12,824 nt of DNA from Campylobacterota bacterium (GTDB lineage: Bacteria; Campylobacterota; Campylobacteria; Campylobacterales; Sulfurimonadaceae): contig JAYEMF010000074.1 of NCBI GenBank assembly GCA_034717975.1, positions 1,816 through 14,639 of the forward strand, read 5' to 3'. The notes beneath the pieces were generated by a model, which had not been told where the DNA came from, did no database searches, and saw nothing but the letters and a program-made list of their open reading frames with translations. Shown in pieces: positions 7,459-12,824 of the stretch (its first letter is position 1; each line of letters begins with the position of its first letter). The position numbers were made by a program, and so were the translations under genes.

Positions 7459-7467
7459 ATTATAGCA
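7459..7467 (-). promoter_or_regulatory. Extended -10 promoter (TGcTATAAT) for the 5-gene cyclase-FapA operon
   Basis: attatagca on + = TGCTATAAT on -, a perfect extended -10, 23 nt upstream of ATG7435. Confidence 0.65.
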
Positions 7468-7596
7468 AAAAGTGTTGGAACAGCTATTGCTTTAATCTCA
7501 ATATGAGGGCTTGTCCTAATTTATTTAGTCGTAATGCCATGTCGCGTGGTCAAAGGACAAGGACTCATTTCTTTCACTATTTCTCCTCCTTTGCGC

Positions 7597-7602
7597 TAAA
7601 AT
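7597..7602 (+). promoter_or_regulatory. -10 box (TAAAAT) for a probably leaderless cmoA mRNA
   Basis: gcTAAAAT lies 7 nt before ATG7610, with no SD sequence on + upstream. Confidence 0.55.
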
Positions 7603-7609
7603 AGTACCC

Positions 7610-8317
7610 ATGAAAGATCAAGTCTTCAACCAACCAATCAAAAAACAGTTTGAATTTGATGCCGATGTCGCTGCCGTATTTGATGATATGCTGCAACGTT
7701 CCGTCCCGTTTTACAGCGAAGCGATGAAGCTGACCAGCCATTTTTCGCGGATCTACCTCAAGGAGAACGGGCAGCTTTATGACCTTGGCTGCTCTACCGC
7801 TTCCCAACTGCTTGATATCGAACGGGATATGGCCGTAAAAGCTTCGTTGACAGGAATAGACAATGCGGCAGCGATGCTTGAACAGGCATCCAAAAAGATC
7901 GAGGCGTTCGGCTCCGGCATAGAGGTCGTTGAAGGCGATATCCTTACCTATGACTATGAGCCGGCTGATGTTATGATCAGCAACTACACACTGCAGTTTG
8001 TCCGTCCGCCCGTACGTGAGACACTGGTCAGAAGGATTTACGAAACGCTTAATGAAGGCGGTGCTTTCATCTTCAGTGAAAAAGTAGTCAGTGAAGATAA
8101 AACGCTCAATAAAGCGTTGATCGACTGCTATTACGATTTTAAAAAAGAGCAGGGGTACAGTGCCTACGAGATCATGCAAAAACGTGAAGCACTTGAAAAT
8201 GTATTGATCCCATACACGACGGCTGAAAATATTGAGATGAGCAGTCGTTGCGGTTTTAAACACTGCGAAGTACTGTTCAAATGGGCTAATTTTGCGACGT
8301 TTATCGCATTGAAGTGA
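7610..8317 (+). CDS. cmoA: Carboxy-S-adenosyl-L-methionine synthase CmoA
   Basis: FEFDADVAAVFDDMLQRSVPFY, YDLGCSTA, GIDNAAAM, SNYTLQFVRP, IFSEKV, GYSAYEIMQKREALENVL, WANFATF. Confidence 0.96.
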   Translation: MKDQVFNQPIKKQFEFDADVAAVFDDMLQRSVPFYSEAMKLTSHFSRIYLKENGQLYDLGCSTASQLLDIERDMAVKASLTGIDNAAAMLEQASKKIEAFGSGIEVVEGDILTYDYEPADVMISNYTLQFVRPPVRETLVRRIYETLNEGGAFIFSEKVVSEDKTLNKALIDCYYDFKKEQGYSAYEIMQKREALENVLIPYTTAENIEMSSRCGFKHCEVLFKWANFATFIALK

Positions 8318-8335
8318 TCAGGAAAGTGTAACGTT

Positions 8336-8554
8336 TCACCAAACGTTGGATGTTGGTTCAGGTTTCTCTTCCCTGAACAGATCACCGACATCTTTATAGT
8401 CGACGATATTTTCATCGCACTCTTTATGATAGTAGCCCTGCAGATCATAATATTCACGGCACTCATTGTAATAACGGGCAGAGATGCCGCGCTCATTGAC
8501 ACAGCCGGAAAAAAGAAGCGTTATAAAAAAGAGAGAGGCTAAAATACGAATCAT
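8336..8554 (-). CDS. Small Tyr-rich lipoprotein (72 aa)
   Basis: Start reset to ATG8554: MIRILASLFFITLLFSG-C (type II signal peptide and lipobox). Mature part has YYNECREYYDLQGYYHKEC. Confidence 0.8.
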   Translation of the reverse strand: MIRILASLFFITLLFSGCVNERGISARYYNECREYYDLQGYYHKECDENIVDYKDVGDLFREEKPEPTSNVW

Positions 8555-8560
8555 GCCGCT

Positions 8561-8569
8561 ATTGTACCA
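8561..8569 (-). promoter_or_regulatory. Extended -10 (TGgTACAAT) for a probably leaderless lipoprotein mRNA
   Basis: attgtacca on + = TGGTACAAT on -, 6 nt before ATG8554. No SD. Confidence 0.6.
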
Positions 8570-8571
8570 GA

Positions 8572-8605
8572 AGAGTTCTTGCAAAATTTGTTTTGTAAGA
8601 ACTCT
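8572..8605. repeat. 34-bp inverted repeat (15-bp arms, 1 mismatch, 4-nt spacer) in a divergent promoter region
   Basis: agagttcttgcaaaa-tttg-ttttgtaagaactct; arms are 14/15 complementary. Confidence 0.8.
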
Positions 8606-8645
8606 CTTGAGACTGTAAAGTGACAAGCTTTAGCATCCCAGCGAT

Positions 8646-8710
8646 TACGTGTGTTCAGTGCCATTGGTTAGCACTGGATAGCGTAGATATTTGGACTTGG
8701 TTCAAATGTC
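8646..8710 (+). ncRNA. Candidate structured RNA (two abutting hairpins) in the pepD 5' leader
   Basis: Hand-folded 15-bp stem (8646-8661/8671-8685, one bulge) and 11-bp stem (8686-8696/8700-8710). All five non-WC pairs are G.U on the + strand. Confidence 0.4.
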
Positions 8711-8733
8711 GTTCACATAAAAAAGGAATTCTC

Positions 8734-9999
8734 TTGCAAGTAATTGAACTGTTTAAAACACTCTGCGCCATTCCCCACTGCTCCTATAAAACCGATGCTA
8801 TGCGGACTTATCTTGAAAAATTGATGCTTGAGCATGGCTACCGTGTTGAAGTTGATAGTGCAGGAAATGTTTTCGGTTCGGTTGAGGGGACTGCCATTAC
8901 CCTGCAGTCACACTACGACATGGTCTGTATCGGTGATGCCCCCGAGCTGGAACTTTATGAGGATGAGGGCTGGCTGCATGCCAAAAACTCAACCCTCGGA
9001 GCCGACAACGGGATCGGTATGGCGATGATGCTTGCATTGATGCAGGAGGGCATCAAGGTCGATCTGCTTTTCACCTCGGATGAAGAGGTGGGCCTGCTTG
9101 GTGCCAGAGGTCTGGATGTCAAACTGAAAACACCCTGTCTGCTAAATCTCGACAGTGAAGAGGAAGGTGTTGTGACGATCGGCTGTGCCGGAGGTGTGGA
9201 TATTATCGCCACTCTTCCGATCATGACAACCGAGAAGGACTCTTTTCTCTTTGAAGTCGAAGCCAGTGGTTACCCGGGTGGTCACTCGGGGATCGATATC
9301 GATAAAGATATCCCTAATGCCATTAAAGTCCTGGCGTCACAGTTGGCGTCTGTGCCGGAAATCAAAATGGTTTCATTTGAAGGGGGTCAGCGACGCAATG
9401 CGATTGCCAAATCGGCATCTGCCCTCATTACATCCGAGTGTGACTATATCGATTTAGACAGTGCGGTTTGTCAGGGTAGGCAGAAGTGTGTTGTGATCAA
9501 TGAGAGTGATAAACTCATTGAAATGCTCGATGGGTTTGAACATGGCGTACGTGCGTTCAATGATGATTTTGGGATTGTAGATACAAGCATCAATCTTGCC
9601 CAGGTGATGATGCATAATGATGAAGTGACGATTCATTTGAGCGCCCGTTCAATGCACTGTGATGCGCTGAAGCAGGTCGAAGCGGAGACGGTTGCATATT
9701 TTGAAGCTTATGGTTGTGATGTGGTCAGTGAAGGGTTCTATCCGCCGTGGAAGCCGGACAAAACACCATTTTCCTCTTTGATTTTGGATTATGTGGCCAG
9801 ACATGCCGATCGGGCTTCATTGGGTGCGATTCATGCCGGGCTGGAGTGCGGGATTATTAAAGAGAGATACCCAGATATTGATATGGCATCCATCGGGCCA
9901 AATATTATCTATCCCCATTCGACCAGAGAAGCGGTGGAGATCGCTTCGGTTGAGAGAGTCTTTGATACGTTAAAAGAGATTGTCATAAGCGTTGAGTAA
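8734..9999 (+). CDS. pepD: Aminoacyl-histidine dipeptidase / M20 family metallopeptidase PepD (421 aa)
   Basis: LQSHYDMV, TLGADNGIG, TSDEEVGLLGA, LLNLDSEEEG, GGHSG, IHAGLECG, SIGPNIIYPHS. Start reset to TTG8734 after an AAGGA RBS. Confidence 0.9.
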   Translation: MQVIELFKTLCAIPHCSYKTDAMRTYLEKLMLEHGYRVEVDSAGNVFGSVEGTAITLQSHYDMVCIGDAPELELYEDEGWLHAKNSTLGADNGIGMAMMLALMQEGIKVDLLFTSDEEVGLLGARGLDVKLKTPCLLNLDSEEEGVVTIGCAGGVDIIATLPIMTTEKDSFLFEVEASGYPGGHSGIDIDKDIPNAIKVLASQLASVPEIKMVSFEGGQRRNAIAKSASALITSECDYIDLDSAVCQGRQKCVVINESDKLIEMLDGFEHGVRAFNDDFGIVDTSINLAQVMMHNDEVTIHLSARSMHCDALKQVEAETVAYFEAYGCDVVSEGFYPPWKPDKTPFSSLILDYVARHADRASLGAIHAGLECGIIKERYPDIDMASIGPNIIYPHSTREAVEIASVERVFDTLKEIVISVE

Positions 10000-10001
10000 T
10001 C

Positions 10002-10649
10002 TTATCTGGCTTTAAAACTTTTTTTACTTTTGCACTGTTCGACTAAAAAACATTCGGTCTCACATTTGGGTTTTTGTGCCGTGCAGATATAGCGTCCAAA
10101 CAGCACCATGCCCTGATGCAGCTGGTGCAGGTTGGTTTTGAACTTTTTTACCAGTGTCTCTTCTGTTTTCTTGGCAGTTGTATCATCACTGAGCCCTAAG
10201 CGATGGGCGACACGAAAAACATGGGTGTCAACTGCCATCAGGTTGGCGCCGGTGTACTCGATCATCACCACATGCGCCGTTTTCTGACCAACACCGGCGA
10301 GGGTGACTAGCTCTTTCTCGTCCTGCGGGACCTCGCCATCATACACCTCTACGACACGTTGTGCCATTTTAATGATATTTTTCGCTTTATTATTAAAAAA
10401 GGAGCAGCTTTGGATTATCGCCTTGACATCTTCAACATCGGCTTCAGCCAGGGTATAGACGTCAGGGTATTTTTCAAAAAGTGCAGGGGTGATGATATTG
10501 ACACGCTTATCAGTACATTGGGCCGAGAGGGCCACTGCAATAACCAGTTCATAAATATTTTTATAGGTAAGTTCGGTAACTGCTTCGCTGTAGCGCTCAA
10601 CCAAAGCAGTTTTGATCACTTCGATCTCTTTTCTTGTGGCTTTTTTCAT
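10002..10649 (-). CDS. nth: Endonuclease III (215 aa)
   Basis: ELVIAVALSAQCTDKRVN, HhH LAGVGQKTA, AVDTHVFRV and a C-terminal 4Fe-4S Cys cluster. Start reset to ATG10649 (MKKATRKE) with a TAAGG RBS. Confidence 0.96.
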   Translation of the reverse strand: MKKATRKEIEVIKTALVERYSEAVTELTYKNIYELVIAVALSAQCTDKRVNIITPALFEKYPDVYTLAEADVEDVKAIIQSCSFFNNKAKNIIKMAQRVVEVYDGEVPQDEKELVTLAGVGQKTAHVVMIEYTGANLMAVDTHVFRVAHRLGLSDDTTAKKTEETLVKKFKTNLHQLHQGMVLFGRYICTAQKPKCETECFLVEQCKSKKSFKAR

Positions 10650-10811
10650 GTTTACAAACCTTATGGTGTAATTAGAGCTCTTGCGAAAGCCTTGCGGAGA
10701 GTGGCTAGACTTTTTCAAGAGGTCTATTGTATAAAAAAATTGATAAATTAGGTCTCTTGAATTTGTTTTGTTGTATCATTTATCCAAATATAATTTTTTG
10801 CAGGGTTTTAT

Positions 10812-12770
10812 ATGGGTTTATTGAATTGGTTTGAAGATATATTTGCTAAAAAAGCTGATGAGGGCTCTTTGACAGGTGAGATTGATGATGCAGGCTTTGT
10901 CAGTAAAGACCTTTTTTACAAGATATTGGACCTGGATAGCTCAACGGTTCTCTTTTTTACCAAAAAAAATGGCTGGATCGGTGCCAATAAGACCTTTTTT
11001 GAGATATTTGAGTTTAAAAATATTGATGATTTCCGCGGAACGCATGAGAGTATTCGTGAACTATTCGAGGAAGAGGCAGAAGAGGTCTTTACCGAGTACG
11101 ACAAAAGCTGGCTGGATTACATCCGAAGCCATAAACCGGATGGTTATGGCATTCTGATTAAAAACAAGCAGGGTGAAAACCGTACCTTTTTGGCTAAGAG
11201 CAAGATGATCAAGCAGCAAGGTACAGAGCTATACATTCTTGAACTGGAAGATGTAACCGATCTTGAACTGGCTCGAAAGCAGACCGAAGAGGTGGAACGT
11301 CTAAAATCAAAATTCCTGGCCAATATCGGGCATGAGTTCCGTACACCGATGAACGGGATCCTCGGTTTTATCAATCTGCTTGAAAAAAGCGACCCGACCG
11401 AAAAGCAGTCTGAATATCTTCAGATGATTCACTCTTCCGCCAACAGCTTGATGGCCAACATTGAAAGCCTTTTGGATCTGGCTCAGATGCAAAGCGGACG
11501 ACTGAAGGTTTCCAACAGCGAGTTTAATCCGATCACGGAGATGGAGGAGCTGGTTAAACACTACTCTGTGGCTGCTGGAGACAAGGGCATTAAGCTATCA
11601 TTCTTGGTCGATCCGAAACTGCCGGCCTTTGTAGATGGCGATCTTCGAAAAATCAAGCAGGTACTTAACAATCTTTTCAACAATGCCTTGAAGTTTACCA
11701 AAAGTGGCGGAAAGATCAATCTTGAAGTGAAGCTTGTCAAACGTGCATCGAGTACGCGCTGTACGATCGGTTTCAGTGTCAAAGACAGCGGCAAAGGTAT
11801 TCCGGAAGATCAGCTTGCATTGATTACACAGCCATTTGTAGCAGGTGATCAGGCCGATGAGCGGCTTGGTGTTGGCTTAAGCCTCTGTCATGGACTGGTA
11901 CAGATGCTTGGCGGCAAACTGAAGATTCATAGCGAGGAGGGCGTAGGATCGACCTTCGCTTTTGCACTGGATTTTGATACAACACCGGAACACTCCATTC
12001 GGATGGTTGAAGGCAGACGCGCCAAAGTTCTGCTGGTAGATGAAAAGTGGATTGATGATGCCAACCTTTTGACGACTTACCTTAGAAGTTTTGGACTGGA
12101 TGTGACCAAAGTACATATGATCGACGATACGATTTTAAGCGATACCGATATGCTCTATATCGTCGGCGGTCAGGATGAGACCGGCTGGATGCTTAAACTG
12201 GGGAATGTCTCAAAGCAGGGTGAAATCGTCCTAATGCTTGACCAAGACGAAAAGCTTCAGACCCGCATGACGCATCTGGTTGACAGCACGCTCAATAAAC
12301 CGCTAATACCATCACAGATTTCTCATCATTTGACACAGTTTTTTAAATTGGCCAAGAGCGAAACGAAGATGGAGGAGATCAAAGCTGAACCTATTAGCGC
12401 ACTGGTTGCCGAGGACAATCTTATCAATCAACGGCTTATCAAGATATTGTTGCAGGAGTACAGTATTGATGTCGTTACCGCAATCAATGGACTTGAAGCT
12501 GTCCAGTTGTGTGAGACTAACGACTTCGATATTGTCTTTATGGATATCGATATGCCGGTTAAAAATGGTATTTTGGCAACGCAGGAGATCAAAGAACAGC
12601 AACATCCCGGAAGTATCAGACATATGCCGATCGTCGCTTTGACCGCATTAGCCATGGATGGTGATCGTGAGCATATTCTTGAAGAGGGGCTTGACGATTA
12701 TCTATCGAAGCCTTTGACCCGTGAAAAATTGGAACATGTTCTTCATAAACATCTCAAAATTAAACTCTAA
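10812..12770 (+). CDS. Cytoplasmic hybrid sensor histidine kinase (PAS-like, HisKA, HATPase, degenerate REC, REC)
   Basis: H-box FLANIGHEFRTPMNGILG, N-box QVLNNLFNNALKFT, G1 DSGKGI. C-terminal receiver AEDNLINQ...IVFMDIDMP...ALTA...YLSKP. No TM segments seen. Confidence 0.93.
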   Translation: MGLLNWFEDIFAKKADEGSLTGEIDDAGFVSKDLFYKILDLDSSTVLFFTKKNGWIGANKTFFEIFEFKNIDDFRGTHESIRELFEEEAEEVFTEYDKSWLDYIRSHKPDGYGILIKNKQGENRTFLAKSKMIKQQGTELYILELEDVTDLELARKQTEEVERLKSKFLANIGHEFRTPMNGILGFINLLEKSDPTEKQSEYLQMIHSSANSLMANIESLLDLAQMQSGRLKVSNSEFNPITEMEELVKHYSVAAGDKGIKLSFLVDPKLPAFVDGDLRKIKQVLNNLFNNALKFTKSGGKINLEVKLVKRASSTRCTIGFSVKDSGKGIPEDQLALITQPFVAGDQADERLGVGLSLCHGLVQMLGGKLKIHSEEGVGSTFAFALDFDTTPEHSIRMVEGRRAKVLLVDEKWIDDANLLTTYLRSFGLDVTKVHMIDDTILSDTDMLYIVGGQDETGWMLKLGNVSKQGEIVLMLDQDEKLQTRMTHLVDSTLNKPLIPSQISHHLTQFFKLAKSETKMEEIKAEPISALVAEDNLINQRLIKILLQEYSIDVVTAINGLEAVQLCETNDFDIVFMDIDMPVKNGILATQEIKEQQHPGSIRHMPIVALTALAMDGDREHILEEGLDDYLSKPLTREKLEHVLHKHLKIKL

Positions 12771-12824
12771 GCAGACAAATTTTTAATATCTGTTAGTTTT
12801 TTTGATTTAGAATAACAGCCATTA

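Noticed and set aside
7521..7590. 18-aa minus-strand micro-ORF (GTG7577-TAA7521) behind AGGAGGAG
   Set aside because: It would need a promoter inside cmoA. The SD-like run is more simply the pyrimidine tract of the cmoA promoter. No other support.
7577..8263. 228-aa ORF antisense to cmoA, and other antisense or nested ORFs in the track (e.g. 1281-1628, 4141-4458, 5791-6420, 10359-10751, 11144-12655)
   Set aside because: Shadow frames of well-supported genes, with no motifs or RBS support.
8649..8719. tRNA(Tyr)-like cloverleaf (D-like arm, GUA in a 7-nt loop, GGTTCAAAT)
   Set aside because: The T-stem does not pair (CUUGG vs GUCGU), there is no U8 or U33, the acceptor stem is only 5 bp and out of register, and there is no CCA. 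Not called as a tRNA.
8620..8733. N-terminal extensions in the ORF track for pepD (GTG8620), the lipoprotein (8626), ppiA (1673) and nth (10718)
   Set aside because: Downstream starts have better RBS/promoter context and match the expected family N-termini.

Overview
Gene-dense chromosomal segment of a Campylobacterota (epsilonproteobacterial) genome, probably a Sulfurimonas/Sulfuricurvum-like organism. The assignment is inferred from the GKVPGT-type HU, the Campylobacter-type FapA and the extended -10 promoters. Left to right: 5'-truncated rhodanese (+), frameshifted Sel1-repeat gene (-), exported cyclophilin (-), msrB (-), HU (-), an 84-aa basic protein and an XRE HTH regulator (-), and a very AT-rich intergenic block with an 18-bp perfect palindrome. 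Next is a tightly packed 5-gene minus-strand operon that reads, in transcription order: single-TM protein, stand-alone class III nucleotide cyclase with non-canonical specificity residues, wHTH/coiled-coil protein, unknown protein, FapA. The rest is cmoA (+), a small lipoprotein (-), pepD (+) with a strongly structured leader, nth (-) and a cytoplasmic hybrid histidine kinase (+). I saw no mobile element, CRISPR array, rRNA or true tRNA. Best candidates for undescribed biology: the cyclase-FapA operon, the structured RNA and dyad upstream of pepD, and the XRE/basic-protein/HU module with its palindromic AT-rich control region.
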